Positions 27,400 through 41,531 are shown, counted from the stretch's first letter. The stretch: DNA of 64,000 nucleotides from Octopus sinensis (GCF_006345805.1 NC_043003.1:8432001-8496000), one strand, 5' to 3'. Made by a program: numbers and translations. The notes: generated by a model not told the origin, from the sequence alone.

Positions 27400-28106
27400 T
27401 CTATGTTTTAGCATTGCAAGATGCTTTATGTGAATTCGTGCGTTAAAGCATATTTATTGTGTCTGGGAAGAGTCATTGTTTTAATGCCTTATTGGTTTGA
27501 TTTCCACTCATTTACTTATTTATTTTTTCTAAAATTTTCATTGCTTCTAGCAGGCAGCCACATCATTAGTCCTCGACTATTATATATATATATATATCAA
27601 AAGAGAGAGAAAGCCACAGATGCAATCCATGGATACTCATTACAGAAAATCAAATCAATATGGAAAATTATTTGAGCTTTTACTATTTTCCGTTTTGGTT
27701 TGCTTCCATTTGATAGTCGTAAAAACGTTATGATGCTTTCTGCTGAAATAATTTTGTTCAAGACCATTCCATGTAGACTCAAGTCTAGTCAATCAATCTA
27801 TATATATTAGATTTCTTCATTTTAGTAGCAAATATTAATTTCTTCTAGTTCATTACAATTTGCATACACAAACACGCGCACACATACATACATGCATACA
27901 TGCATATATATATACATACATAAGTATATATATATATATATATTATATATATACATTCATATATACCTCTAAGTGTTCGCAAGAAACAAATAATTACTAC
28001 TGTTACATTATAAATATACTTTCGCTTGGGGAATAGTTTGTCTGGAAGCTTTCACATAGAGATATGATATCAATATATGTGTGTGTGTGTAGATTTATAC
28101 ATGTAT

Positions 28107-28180
<74 letters not shown>

Positions 28181-28181
<1 letters not shown>

Positions 28182-28378
28182 TAGTTGAAATTTACAGAAA
28201 AGCAAAAGACGAAAGCAGGTGTATAAACAACGAGCAGGTGTTTTAGTTTGACGCTCGGGAAGGCGAGAAAGTCTTTTACGTTTCGAGCCTACGCTCTTCG
28301 ACAGAAAGGAACGCGAGGAAATGAACAGAGCGAGAATTAAAAAGAAACTTGTGGATTTAGCAGTCAGTCATGGTAATA
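28181..28378 (-). mobile_element. pLTR-like repeat with variant minimal hammerhead (28273-28308); family also at 39915-40203 and 62080-62270
   Basis: cuuu-CUGUCGA-a-gagc.guag.gcuc-GAAA-cg-UA-aaag; three homologous copies in microsatellites. Confidence 0.6.
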
Positions 28379-28462
28379 TGTGTGTGCGTGTGTGTGTATG
28401 TGTGTCTCTGTGTGTATGTATATATGTTATGTAAATATACAGACACACAAAAACACATACAC

Positions 28463-28516
<54 letters not shown>

Positions 28517-28525
<9 letters not shown>

Positions 28526-28940
28526 TAAATTAGTGATAAAACCACTATTAGGCAAATCAAACAATGAAAAACGTAAGCCAATACATAAAATTAATTAATT
28601 TATATTATTTTAAATATATTGCTAAACCTCGCTAAGATAAATATTTCAATTACCTGAAGATTGACTGTAACCATAACTCGAATTATTACGAATTGGACAG
28701 CCATGAAACGATCGTAGTGTTTTACTCATTATCTTTTATTAAACTCTTAACACTTTTGATATATATTTAAAATAATATAATTTAATTAATTTTATGTATT
28801 GGCTTAAGTTTTCCATTGTTTGATTTGCCTAATAGTGGTTTTATCTCTAATATAATATAATATTTTACTATAAAATTGGATTCAATCCTAAATCTGATTT
28901 TTCCCTGTAAGTTTGGATTTATTCCCTAATATTTTATTAC
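28517..28940. mobile_element. Fold-back element: ~100-bp inverted arms (28517-28619 / 28761-28863), hammerhead in loop, ~77-bp tail
   Basis: ttagtgataaaaccactattaggcaaatcaaacaatg / cattgtttgatttgcctaatagtggttttatctctaa; (TA)n on both sides; arm fragment recurs at 38838-38900. Confidence 0.85.
28651..28719 (+). ncRNA. Type I hammerhead ribozyme-like motif
   Basis: uac-CUGAAGA-uugacugu...acagccau-GAAA-cgaucg-UA-gug; palindromic stem III. Confidence 0.65.
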
Positions 28941-29848
28941 ATATATATATATATATATATATAAGCATGCTTATGTAGTCAGAGCTATCAGTTATATTTA
29001 TAGTGGGAAATGACTCATCCATTGAAAACAATGGAGAAAAATAACAATAAATTACTTACCTAAACACTTTGCATTTCATTTTTTTTTATTTAAGAGAAAA
29101 AGTATTATAGTAATTTTTAAATGCCTTGCGGATATTTATGTCTACAAAACTGTGAGATAATTACAGTTTGGCGACAGTCCGAATGTTTTTCCTTAATAAC
29201 TTTCTGAAAAATGTACATTTTCCGAATGGATCTTTGTTACAGAGATAAATTTTCGAGGGTGTAGATTGTGATTATGTTGATAAATGTTCTGAAAAATTTA
29301 TTCGAGCGGTTTTTTTTTGCTCATTTTTCATTCTAAGAAATGTATTCCCTCATAATTCTTTTAAAATGAAAGATTTTTTAAAATTTGTTTTTGCATTTAC
29401 ACGCTTCTGAGCGTTCAGCTTGCTTAACGTTGACGGTTCAATCATAAGAAGCTTGAATAAAAAAATAAGTTAAAAAAGGGTAAAAACTGCTAAAGTCACA
29501 AAAATATTTCGAACTCTGTAGGTGGAGAATGATAAGAGACTCATGTAAATTTTTGCCAAATTTTATCGGAATAAACGTTAACGCAAAAATGATTATCTCT
29601 TAACTTTCATTGAAAGTATTGAATTTTACGGAAATTTTTGAAGAAATAAAATCTGTTGGGCACCGAGTGTAGATATATCGAGATATTTTGCTTCAACTTT
29701 CCTTATGCAAACGTGAGTGCATATTTGTGTATGTGTGTATGTGTGTGTATTTTTATATATTTATATCTCAGCATATATATATATATATATATGTGTGTAT
29801 GTATGTATATATTTATGTATGTATATGTGTATATATATGTATTTATGC

Positions 29849-29914
<66 letters not shown>

Positions 29915-30453
29915 ATGTGTGTGTGTGTAAAAATACAAACTGGGACAAGAACGCAAAACATTTAGGAGACGATACAAAAAACACGGACGGGACATTCGAA
30001 GCCTTCAATCTTCAGTCAAAAACCGGGTCATCCTCGCAGTTTCGGCTGATGCCAAGATGCCATAGTACCCTATTTTACTTTTATCCCTACAGTGAACTGA
30101 AGTATTTGGTAGATAAGATTAAGGTGTGTCTCTGGGCTTTGTCACAGAGTTTAGAGAGTTCATAAGGTTAAGTTATAAATATAAATACATACATGCGTAC
30201 ATACTTTTACATATATATACATATACATAAATATACATAAAGACATAATCATATATTTAAATGTATATGTATATGCATACAAATGCATCAATTATTATTA
30301 TTATTATTTGGTGTATTATATTATTCTTATTAGATAAAGTATAAACAGAGGTAGGAGAAAGTTATGAAAAGAGAAATGATAGTGAACTTTTTAAAAATCA
30401 ATGTATTTTAAGATTATTGTAGTTATGTAGGAATGAAAAGGTATATACATGAG

Positions 30454-30511
<58 letters not shown>

Positions 30512-30582
30512 ATACATATATATATATATATATAATATATATATATAGTATATATATATATATAATATATAATATATATATA

Positions 30583-30625
<43 letters not shown>

Positions 30626-30659
30626 ATATATATATATATGTATGTATAGAAATAATAGA

Positions 30660-31063
30660 TTTCTAAATCTCTCAGAGAGATTTATGCAGTAGTCATACGA
30701 TAAAGTAGTTGTATGCTGTCAACTTAATGTGACAGTCCCATGAGGGGGATAATACTACTGCTATTTAGCCCTAGGAAACAGCACCGCTTCCTGTCAGCCT
30801 TGACACATTTCCTGTGTCCTTATGTTTACAAAGGGGAGACAAGCACCTCCACCCTGCTAAGCCTGCATCCAGAGACTAGTTTCTGAGTCATTGCTCGTCA
30901 TCAGTCTCGAGTAGCATAGCTTGCTAGCTGAGATGCCTATCTAGCCCATGAAAACATATAATTATTCTAGTGAAATACATTCACTGATTTCAAAAATACA
31001 AATAATACATTTCTAAATCTCTCTGGGTGGAGGTGCTTGTCTCCCCCTTGTAAACATAAGGAC
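30660..31063. mobile_element. pLTR/fold-back remnant: inverted arms 30815-30854 / 31026-31063 around a hammerhead
   Basis: gtccttatgtttacaaaggggagacaagcacctccaccc / gggtggaggtgcttgtctcccccttgtaaacataaggac. Confidence 0.75.
30871..30907 (-). ncRNA. Minimal type I hammerhead ribozyme
   Basis: aga-CUGAUGA-cgag.caauga.cuca-GAAA-cuag-UC-ucu. Confidence 0.7.
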
Positions 31064-31065
31064 TC

Positions 31066-32235
31066 TTGTTGGCTGGAATTGAAAAAAGCTGGAAAATGAA
31101 GAGTTACGCGGAAGCTGCTGTAGTTCGAGATGATGTGAACCCAAGTGTGCTGAAGCAGGAGGAGCTGGATTGGGACGAGAAGAAGTTGAGGGAATATCAC
31201 AGTATGATAGAGAAGGAAGGCACTAACACCAAACTGATTATTCCAGAGGATGAGAAAAGAAAATACATGAACAAAACGGTGGTATTCAGAACCTTCTCTG
31301 TCGAAAACAGAAGACTAGAAAGAGCGCTACAAGAAGAGACTGAAGAAATATTACTGAGTAACATTGGTGAAGGAATAATCTTCTTCACAAGAGGAAAAGA
31401 ATATGGTACGATAACGGTTTCATTTGCTACAGTAGAGGACGCGATATTGAACGACGAACAGATGATAGAAGGAGAAAAATGGATGTTAATACCAGACACT
31501 CCAGGAAAAAGGATTTTCAAGGTAAGAGTGGGAAGAATCCGACCTATGATAGACCCAGATGGGTAATAGTGGCAATTTCTGACTGTAATCTATGGAGGGG
31601 GAGCAAGAAGCTGATGATTCACTCGGTAAACAGAACTGAAAATATGAATTTTGGGGGATATGGTGCGGAGGGGATTTGTGCCGTAACCCAGGAGTATTAC
31701 GAAGAATTGCCGGAAACGGTAGAATTGCCAACAGCGAAAGACTGGGGGTAATGTTAGCGAAGGACAAGGGGTAATGTTACAAATGCGGCGGAAGAGGACA
31801 CCTGAAAAGAAAATGCCTTAGTGAAGCTACAGAAATGCTAGAGAGAGAAATGGTAGAAAGAGAAATAAAGCAAGGAGAAACAGAAAATGATGAGAAGTTG
31901 GCTGAAGTAAAGCAAAGAAAGCGAGAAAGGAAAAAGTCTCCAACGACAGTGGAAGTGAAAAAAAGAAGAGGGATGGAAAAAGAAACACAACCCACGACAG
32001 GAAATAGAGGAGAATTCCCAATGGAAGTACCAAGAAAAGAATTAAACTCACGGAGTCACGCAGAACATAAACGAGACAACCCAGAATTGTGAAAACCGAA
32101 GGACATAGACACACAGAAGAAGAACACAGAATCGGAGTCAAACGAACAGACAGACACACAAATGCAGGAATACACACACATACAAACGCAGGAACTCAGA
32201 GTTGAAGGGGGAAATGCAAGAACAGCAGGAAAATA
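31066..32235 (+). pseudogene. Tx1/L1-like LINE ORF1 (gag-like) with CCHC zinc knuckle, frameshifted
   Basis: N-terminal SYAEAA motif, RRM-like region, CYKCGGRGHLKRKC at ~31775-31817, K/E-rich tail. Confidence 0.7.
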
Positions 32236-32464
32236 GGAGGAAAAAAGACAACACGAGAAAAAATGCAAAGAAAAATCATAGTGAAATAGGATAACAGAAT
32301 GGTAAGTAATGGACGTTATAAAAACTGTGAGAAAAGATTTTCTTGAACTTAGCAATGTTTTTTCTTTAAAGGAAATAACGAACAGGTTTAGTAAAGGTTG
32401 AACATTCAGATAAACATTTGGTTTTCTTTTGTTCCCCCCCCCAAAAAAAGGAAAAGAAGTAAGG

Positions 32465-32691
32465 ACTGTATGAACATTGTTTTTTGGGTTTTTTTTTAAA
32501 GTTTATAATGGTAAGGCAAAAGCAAAGGAGAACGTAACGGTTTCGCCTCGAAGCGAGGCAAGAGGTTGTTTAAAAGTTTAAGTGTTTCTTTTTTTTTTTT
32601 TAGGAAAACAAAAAACTGTATGAACATTTTTTTTTTAAGTTTATAATGGCAAGGGAAAAAAGCAAAGGAGAAAGTAACGGTTTCGCCTCGA
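32465..32691 (+). repeat. Two ~80-bp direct repeats (period ~150 bp) downstream of ORF1, with gcctcg/cgaggc hairpin
   Basis: actgtatgaacatt(T)n aagtttataatgg..aaaagcaaaggagaa.gtaacggtttcgcctcga twice. Confidence 0.75.
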
Positions 32692-32845
32692 CTTGTAAGT
32701 GCATTTATATCGCTTTTATCAATCAATCCCGGACATATATGCGCATACATGTATATGTGTATGTGTGTTTATGTCTGTCAGCCTGTCTGTATGTAAGTAT
32801 GCAAGTATATATAAATATGCATATATATACACAAACATACATGCG

Positions 32846-32910
<65 letters not shown>

Positions 32911-32917
32911 TATATGA

Positions 32918-33150
32918 GGCGACGAGCTGGCAGAAACGTTAGCACGCCGGGCGAAATGCGTAGCCGTATTTCGTCTGCCGTTAGGTTCTGAGTTCAAATT
33001 CCACCGAGGTCGACTTTGCCTTTCATCCTTTAGGGGTCGATAAATTAAGTACCAGTGATACACAGGGGTCGATATAATCGACTTAATCCGTGTGTCTGTC
33101 CTTGTTTGTCCACTCTGTGTTTAGCCCCTTGTGGGTAGTAAATAAATAAT
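32918..33150 (+). mobile_element. SINE family B monomer
   Basis: Full match. Confidence 0.9.
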
Positions 33151-33902
33151 ATATATATATATATGTGAGTGTGTCTGTATATATGTTTGTATGCAGATAT
33201 ATATAAATGTGCATATATATATATATACAAGCATACATATATGCGTACATATATATATGTGCATGCGTGTATATGCATGTATGTCTATAATGTTACATGT
33301 GCTGTATATACGAAAGACAAATCAAAGCCTTCTCTCTTGCATGTTCTGTGGTTTTATGGAAATTCGGGTCGTACCTTAGTTAATACTCAACTGGATTTCA
33401 TACTACCAACTACTCATTCAGTGACTAAGACACAATATTTGCTTTTCACTCTACATCTCCAGTATATTTATACGTTCCTTCAGTCAATTAATGGATTCAA
33501 ACTTTTTCATTATTTAAAAACACTTATTGAAAAATTAATCAATATATTGATCAATGTTTTTAAGAGAAATAAACTTACTTTTGAATTGATTAAAATTATA
33601 GTAAATTTTTAAGTATTTTAGTTGCATTACTTACTTGCATCTCATATTGTTAAACTAAAAATATTTCACTTCATATCCTATATTGGAACAGCATGACGTA
33701 TTCGATCTAGTCTGATATTTCTTTCAGATTAGAAAAAAAGCTTCTTTGAGTGGAAGAGAAAGTGATTGTGTAACTTTGTAGATTTTCTGAAGACATCAAA
33801 ATCGCCATTGATGTAAAGAGATTTCAGATAGGTTTCGAAATTGTCTATTGATATAAATTATTCCCAAGTTTACATGTTCTCGGTTTCTGCTTCATATTAA
33901 AT

Positions 33903-34288
33903 GGAAGCACTCCGTCGGTTACGACGACGAGGGTTCCAGTTGATCCGAATCAACGGAACAGCCTGCTCGTGAAATTAACGTGTAAGTGGCTGAGCACTCC
34001 ACAGACACGTGTACCCTTAACGTAGTTTTCGGGGATATTCAATTCAGCGTGACACAGAGAGTGACAAGGCCGGCCCTTTGAAATACAGGTACAACAGAAA
34101 CAGGAAGAAAGAGTGAGAGAAAGTTGTGGTGAAAGAGTACAGCAGGGATCACCACCATCCCCTGCCGGAGTCTCGTGAAGCTTTAGGTGTTTTCGCTCAA
34201 TAAACACTCACAACGCCCGGTCTGGGAATCAAAACTGCGATCCTATGACCGCGAGTCTGCTGCCCTAACTACTGGGCCATTGCACCTC
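33903..34288 (-). mobile_element. SINE family C (tRNA head, possibly Nin/Deu-like) with 13-bp TSD
   Basis: TSD cttcatattaaat; near-identical to 35735-36120 and 57666-58052. Confidence 0.9.
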
Positions 34289-35029
34289 CTTCATATTAAA
34301 TAAGTATACAGGCACAGGAGTGGCTATATAGAAAGAAGTTTGCTTCCCAACCACATGGTTCCGGGTTCAGTCCGACTGCGTGGAAACTTGGGAAATCTAT
34401 TTATGTCCACTATGTCTCAAAAAAGAAATAAATTCGTCGCAAATATTTTTGTCCACAAAGACGAGAGGGACGAAATTCTCAGAGAAAACTTTGATTTCAT
34501 CCTCAAAGATATGAAATAAGTGTATGAGAAAATGAAAGATATTTGAGGGTTGAAAGTAGAATGAAGATAAGCTGAGACGCACCGTGTATACATGTATGTA
34601 TGTTTCTTTATACATACGTGCAGATTGTGTATATATGCATAAATAAACGTCTTTGCGTGACACCTTGGCTAAATGTTTACGACTAAAGCCTCGTGACCAA
34701 CGATTTTTAAGTGGATTTGGTAGATGGAAACCAGAATAAACCTGTCGTATAAATATATATATGAGAAAAGGTTGAGTTTTATTTCATCTTTTACTTTAAG
34801 TAGTACCAAAGTAAACGATCGTTTCGAACGCAAATATTAAATAACATGGTAAAAAAAATTAGAAATTAATTTAATTATAATCAAATTAATTACATATTAC
34901 TGTTCTAAACGTCTAATCAAATACGATTATATATGCGTGCATACACATGTGTCGGAAGTAAAAGTATTTGAATTATACCTGCGTTAAACTCTATCTATCT
35001 ATTTATCTATATATATATATATATATATA

Positions 35030-35278
35030 TTGTTGTATTTCGGGATGGTAATTTTGGGGTCAAATACACACACGCACTATATATTCGTTTCCACTCGATT
35101 ATGACTATTCTTATTCTAACTCATCCCCATTGTCCGAAAATATCTCGTCACACAGCTGTGACCTCTTCCACAACACTCTCCGTCTTCGTGTGTGCTCTTG
35201 CTCCACTTATTTTATTCTGTTCTTAATGAAGTCACTGGAGCAAGAGCACACACCATCAGGAGTCTTGCAACACAAATT

Positions 35279-35280
<2 letters not shown>
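35030..35280. mobile_element. (TA)n-embedded element with an 18-bp perfect hairpin (35188-35205 / 35236-35253)
   Basis: gtgtgtgctcttgctcca / tggagcaagagcacacac; loop has a partial core-like cttaatgaag. Confidence 0.5.
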
Positions 35281-35327
<47 letters not shown>

Positions 35328-35734
35328 TATATATAATATATATATAATATATATATATATATATGTATGTATGTATATGTGTAAATTTTTGCGTATGTAT
35401 CTTTGTATCTGTGCTTGTGCCCCAGTACCACTCGACAACCGTCCTCGTTACATAGCGGTTCGGCCAAATAGATCGAGAGAATAAGGACTAGACTTTAAAA
35501 AAAAACTAAGCCTTAGGTTCGATTTGTTCGACTAAAACCCTTCAAGGTGATGCCCCAGCATGGCCGCAGTCAAATGACCGAAAGAAATAAAAGATAAAAG
35601 ATAAAATATGTTTAGATATTTAGTTGAAATATAGGAATAGTCATAGGAATAGTCAATATTGGCCCGCTCATAAAGGGTTCGACACGTTACTCAACTCTCA
35701 CTAATATATATTAACCATACAGATAATATATATA

Positions 35735-36120
35735 GTAGGAGCACTCCGTCGGTTACGACGATGAGGGTCCCAGCTGATACGATCAACGGAACAGCTTGCT
35801 CGTGGAATTAACGTCCAAGTGGCTGAGCACTCCACAGACACGCGTACCCTTAACGTAGTTCTCGAGGAGATTCAGCGTGACACAGAGTGTGACAAGGCTG
35901 GCCCTTTGAAATACAGGTACAACAGAAACAGGAAGAAAGAGTGAGAGAAAGTTGTGGTGAAAGAGTACAGCAGGGTTCACCACCACCCCCTGCAGGAGCC
36001 TCGTGAAGCTTTAAGTGTTTTCGCTCAATAAACACTCACAATGACCGGTCTGGGAATCGAAACTGCGATCCTACGACCGCGAGTCCGCTGCTCTAACCAC
36101 TGGACCATTGCGCCTCCACT
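35735..36120 (-). mobile_element. SINE family C
   Basis: Full match; flanking duplication gataatatatata. Confidence 0.9.
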
Positions 36121-37430
36121 TGATAATATATATATAATCACAACGCGTTTAAACATTTAGCTGTATTCATGAATCGAATATAACGAAGTTCTTATTACTA
36201 TTTGTCGAATATTGGTTGTTCGTGCTATTTTTATATCTCCGGTTCTAATTGTAAAAGCGACGCCCACAATGGAAATACGTCGAATAAGTTCTCGCCCTCC
36301 AAAAACATTATTAAAGGAATCAGTGATTAATTATTTCCAACGGAGCCTTCAGGATACGTTTCTTAGTCTCTTGGATATTTCATTCGTATTTTGAAGAAGA
36401 ATGCTTATGGCAGTAATCCGCTCCTGAAGCTTTAATTATGTTCTGAGTATTATGGCTATGAATGAGAAGATAGCTCTATGGCTCTGTTCAGCGCCAACGT
36501 CATCGCCATATCAGGCCAAAGAGAAAATATAATTGATTTACTGAAGTAATTCCTTGTAAGTATCGAGGGGAGAATATACGTGAAATCTAAAATATTTAGA
36601 TCCACGCCAATTTTTCTTTCTCCTCCATTCTTTACTGTAATACATGAAACAAACCCTAAGACAGACTTCACTTCTAAGCGTCTTAACTGGTTATAGGATA
36701 CTTTAAATAAATCGCAATAGAAGCAACAAACCTCGGGAAAAATCCATTCTCAAGTATCAAATGTAAATCTTTCGTGCTATATTAGATCAGAATGCGATTT
36801 ATTTCGCGGAACCATTGCTTAGTTGTAATTTCATTTGAACATTTCCTTCTACTTGAGTCACGTTTCATGTCTAATTCAAACAGCTGCCATTAATATCTGT
36901 GGAACCATTCAGAAGCAGCTGGTAAGTTTAAACTGCGTTACAAAATAATTAGTAGGTCGTAAATTTTCGCGTATTAGGAGGTTTGTGTAATCGAGTTTCC
37001 GATAATCAGCATGGAATCGGTGAGATTATAGAAGTTATCTTTCATCACAACTATAAAGAACATGGCCGAATCATGGCTGATATGTTGCTAACTAGACGGC
37101 GATTCAAACTGTGACATCGGTTGATATGTAATGCATATTTTGTGTTAGCGCCAACAAACATACTAACCATAAGAAACAGCATGGTGTTCTAAATTCATGC
37201 AACCTGCTGGAAATAGCAGCCAATTGTTCGTCAACAAACATGTACTGTTTTAAATAACTAAAGGATGCATAGGATAATATTGTCCTAAATTATTCTTTAA
37301 AAAGGACATCATCATGGCTGGAACAACTTTGCTAACAGGTTTGATCGATAAGGGATGAAAAGGGCGGAACAGCAAAAGAAGCAAAAAGAATAACACCATC
37401 AGATATTGTAAACGCCATGTTTCCTGTATT

Positions 37431-37662
37431 ACTCTCTTTACTCTTTTACTCTTTTACTTGTTTGAGTCATTTGACTGCGGCCATGCTGGAGCACCGCCTT
37501 TAGTCGAGCAACTCGACCCCGGGACTTATTCTTTTGTAAGCCCAGTACTTATTCTGTCGGTCTCTTTTGCCGAACCGCTAAGTGACGGGGACATAAACAC
37601 ACCAGCATCGGTTGTCAAGCAATGCTAGGGGGACAAACACAGACACACAAACACACACACGC

Positions 37663-37727
<65 letters not shown>

Positions 37728-37908
37728 ATATATATGTATGTATACGACGGGCTTCTTTCAGTTTCCGTCTACCAAATCCACTCACAAGGCTTTGGTCGGC
37801 CCGAGGCTATAGTAGAAGACACTTGCGCAAGGTGCCACGCAGTGGGAATGAACCTGGAACCATGTGGTTGGTAGACAAGCTACTTACCACACAGCCACTC
37901 CTGCGCCT
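37431..37908 (-). mobile_element. SINE family A, full length
   Basis: Full match. Confidence 0.9.
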
Positions 37909-38247
37909 ATTGTTTTTTTTTATTTCAAAATATGGCCTCAATGAAAGGAAATAATGCACTCAATTCACACAATTACTATTTACTCCTATGTGTGCGGGTG
38001 TGTGTGCGTGCGTGCGGTCACTGTCTGGTCTGCGAGATTCTGTCAAGCCGGTGGCGTACTATAAGATTTTATGCGTGCGGTCCTGTATATATACAAATAT
38101 ATATACATATGTGTGTGTGTGTGTGCAAAGGTTGAATTATATTCATCGTTTAATTTGGAGGATTCCAAAAAACGATTTCTAATAACGATTCATCATATTT
38201 TGCTGGTAGCTTACTGGCGTAAGTTTGCGAATATAAAATAATACTTG

Positions 38248-38426
38248 TATATGGTGTGTTATGTGAATTTATGGAAAGGAGTTCCATAAAACACAACAAA
38301 TTTGTTTAAAATGGAGAAGAGAAGGTGTTAAAATTTCTTTCAAATCTCAACACCTCTCCTCCATTTTCAGAAATTTGTTGAGTTTTGGTGGAAACATTTC
38401 CATAAATTCAAATAACATACCATATA
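38248..38426. repeat. Imperfect ~180-bp palindrome (MITE-like)
   Basis: tatatggtgtgttatgtgaatttatggaaa / tttccataaattcaaataacataccatata; inner aaaatggag..gag.aggtgtt / aacacctctcctccatttt. Confidence 0.75.
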
Positions 38427-38825
38427 TCTTTATATATAAAAGTGAAGTTGCGTGTCTGTCTCCTACGATTTAGGTTCCTAACTACTCCCACATTTTGCGG
38501 TGCAGTGTAACCAAAAGCGGGTATCTTATAGTTGTGATTCATATCGAGCCCTTCTGGGTATTAGCGCGCGTCTACGATGAGTCTACGATTTAAAAAAAAA
38601 ATTACCATAATTTTTTCCCATTTTTAATGCATTTTTTGCTATTATATAAGGGAAGTAACTCTCTAAAAATGTATTATTAAATCTCAGAACGTAAAAAGCT
38701 ACAGTAACACCCCCCCCCCCTTTGTGGTTAGCCATATTGAGATGGCTATTATACTTTACATCTCTAAAAATGTTTATATAGTTATTTCCCTTACAAACCC
38801 GAGCAACGCCGGGCGATACTGCTAG
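38427..38825 (+). mobile_element. Non-autonomous Helitron
   Basis: A|TC...cccgagcaacgccgggcgatactgCTAG|T; 3' end identical to the 13931 element, different interior. Confidence 0.9.
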
Positions 38826-39722
38826 TTGTATATATATATTTATTGGCTTGTTTTTCACTGTTTGATTTGCCTAATAGTGGTTTTATCTCTAATTTAATAT
38901 AATATATATATATATGTATGTGTGTATGTGTGTGTGTGTGTGTGTGTGTATGTGTGTGTATGGTGTGTGTTTGTGTGTGTGTGTAGGGTGTATGTATATA
39001 TTATATATATATATTCTGTTATATATGATTCATAATGACTCGAGACATACAACCTTATATTACGCCACCGAATGGCTTGACAGGATCTTGAAGACCAGAC
39101 AGTGACATAATTTCTAATCAGATTTAAATCAGCATTTAATTCCAGTTGCTGCTGGTGAGCGATTCGCAGTTCCATTTGCTTACAATTCGACGAATAGAAG
39201 AATCTTTGATGTGGCGTGGAATAAAAAATAGTAAGAAACGCGTAGGCGACAATTCTTTTACTCGAGATCTTTATTTAAGTTAAGCTTAATGCAATATTAA
39301 TGGATAACGTCATACGGTTGTAATGTTCATGCTCATCATTATTTAAAATAGAGTTGAAATCCGGTTTGCTTGATAATCCATTGATTACTGAATTAGTCAT
39401 CATTCTACTCTGTTTTAAATAATACCTGAGGAGTATGGAAATTACACCCACACACACGAACATACACACACTCACACACAAATATATATAAATGTCTCAG
39501 ATTTTGTCATCAGGCCAGCAGATATAGTGGGTGGGTAGTCGGGTGTTAGTGGATTACATTGCCAGCAGGACATGACTGATACTTTATTTCATCGATCCTA
39601 AAATGTTTAAAGCTAAAGTTGAATCAGCGGAATTAGAACTTAGAACGTAAAAAGCCAAAAGAAATACTGGTAGGTATTTTATCCGACGCGCAAACGATTC
39701 AGGCAGCTGACCAGCTTATCAA

Positions 39723-39767
<45 letters not shown>

Positions 39768-39786
39768 CCACACACACACACACACA

Positions 39787-39857
<71 letters not shown>

Positions 39858-39992
39858 TATATATATACATACATATATATCTATATCTATCTATATATAT
39901 GCATATATATATATTAAGGTTAAACTAATACACCTGCTTTTTGTTTATATACCTGACTTGGTCTTTTGTTTTTCTGTAAATTTCAACTACAC

Positions 39993-40040
<48 letters not shown>

Positions 40041-40044
40041 ATAT

Positions 40045-40203
40045 ATTCGCCATGATAGATCGCTAGCCACTACACATTATTTATTTTCTCTCCTTGTTTC
40101 TTTCTGCGGAAGAGCGTAGGCTCGAAACGTTAAAGACTTTTTCACTACTCGAGCGTTATACTGATACATCTGTTTGTTGGGTTTTTTTTGTGAATTCTCC
40201 CTA
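40045..40203 (+). mobile_element. pLTR-like repeat with variant hammerhead (40099-40136)
   Basis: ucuuu-CUGCGGA-a-gagc.guag.gcuc-GAAA-cg-UU-aaaga. Confidence 0.6.
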
Positions 40204-41239
40204 TATATGTATATATATATATGTGTGTGTGTGTGTATGTGTGTGTGTATGTATATTGCGATATAACTTCGTAATTGTTGTTTAGTTCCGTGCCCACCAT
40301 GATCTAGCAAACTTACCTTCAAAAGCTTTCCAAACGTGATCACCTTGTTTTGTTTTGATGCGGTGGGCGTAATACATCTTGGACAAAATTGTCCAATGGT
40401 CTATTTTCAAAACGGTAGTTTATAAGCTGAGAAACAACTTTTTGCTATTTCTAGCAAGTCCAGTGACGACACAGGGTCTCTGTATGAGGAAATTTCTCCA
40501 TTGGAGAATTGTGAATGTGCAGGTTTATCAATGTATTTTTGATGAGACAAGTGAAGATCTACTTAGAAAATGTTTATATCTACATCGTATAAATATTTGA
40601 TGCAAACTATAATTGTTTTCAGTAAACTTGCCTCAAACTATACATTAATAAAATACGTTTGTTTTCTCAAAACTATTTTCATTTGTTACATTAGGGACAT
40701 ATATTTCTGTACATTCATGACAATCAGACGATGCATGAGTTTATAGAAGAACGCCGTAAGAAACGCAAGTAGCAGGAAAAATGTAAAATTTGCAACTTTA
40801 AAGAGGGTTCAGAATAATACAAGAATATATTATATAATTTGCTTAACCAGGATATTTCATTGAAAGAAAAAAAAAGTGATTAAAGTTTTCTTCTCTAATC
40901 GATCAATATAGAAGTTAAATTATAAATATATAATGTGGAAAAAGCTTGGAGAGAAAAATAATGTTTGATGAATAGAAGGATATAGAGAAGAAAATTAAAT
41001 GTAAGAAACAAATTTTATGAAAAAGTAATTAAAAGCAACCTAAGAAGCAATCAATGAAGAACAAATTTATTATGTTAAAATTCAATTCTATCTGTAGAAA
41101 TAGGAGCGCCTTAGAGCAGGAAGTAAGCTTTTAGGCAAGCATGCAAACCGATTTATTTTCCAAAATTAAATACTTTATTTTACTTACATTACTCTGATTG
41201 CTAACTGGAGATGTTATTGAAATATGTATGTATTTGTAT

Positions 41240-41272
<33 letters not shown>

Positions 41273-41419
41273 TATATAATATATATATACATATATATAT
41301 TATATATATATATTATATATATATATTATATATATATACTATGTATATATACATTAATATATACATATATATATATACATATATATATACATATATATAT
41401 ATATATACATATATATATA

Positions 41420-41494
<75 letters not shown>

Positions 41495-41500
41495 TGTGTG

Positions 41501-41531
<31 letters not shown>

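Noticed and set aside
36200-37100. Complex non-repetitive stretch that looks coding
   Set aside because: No sustained open frame or recognisable domain on either strand
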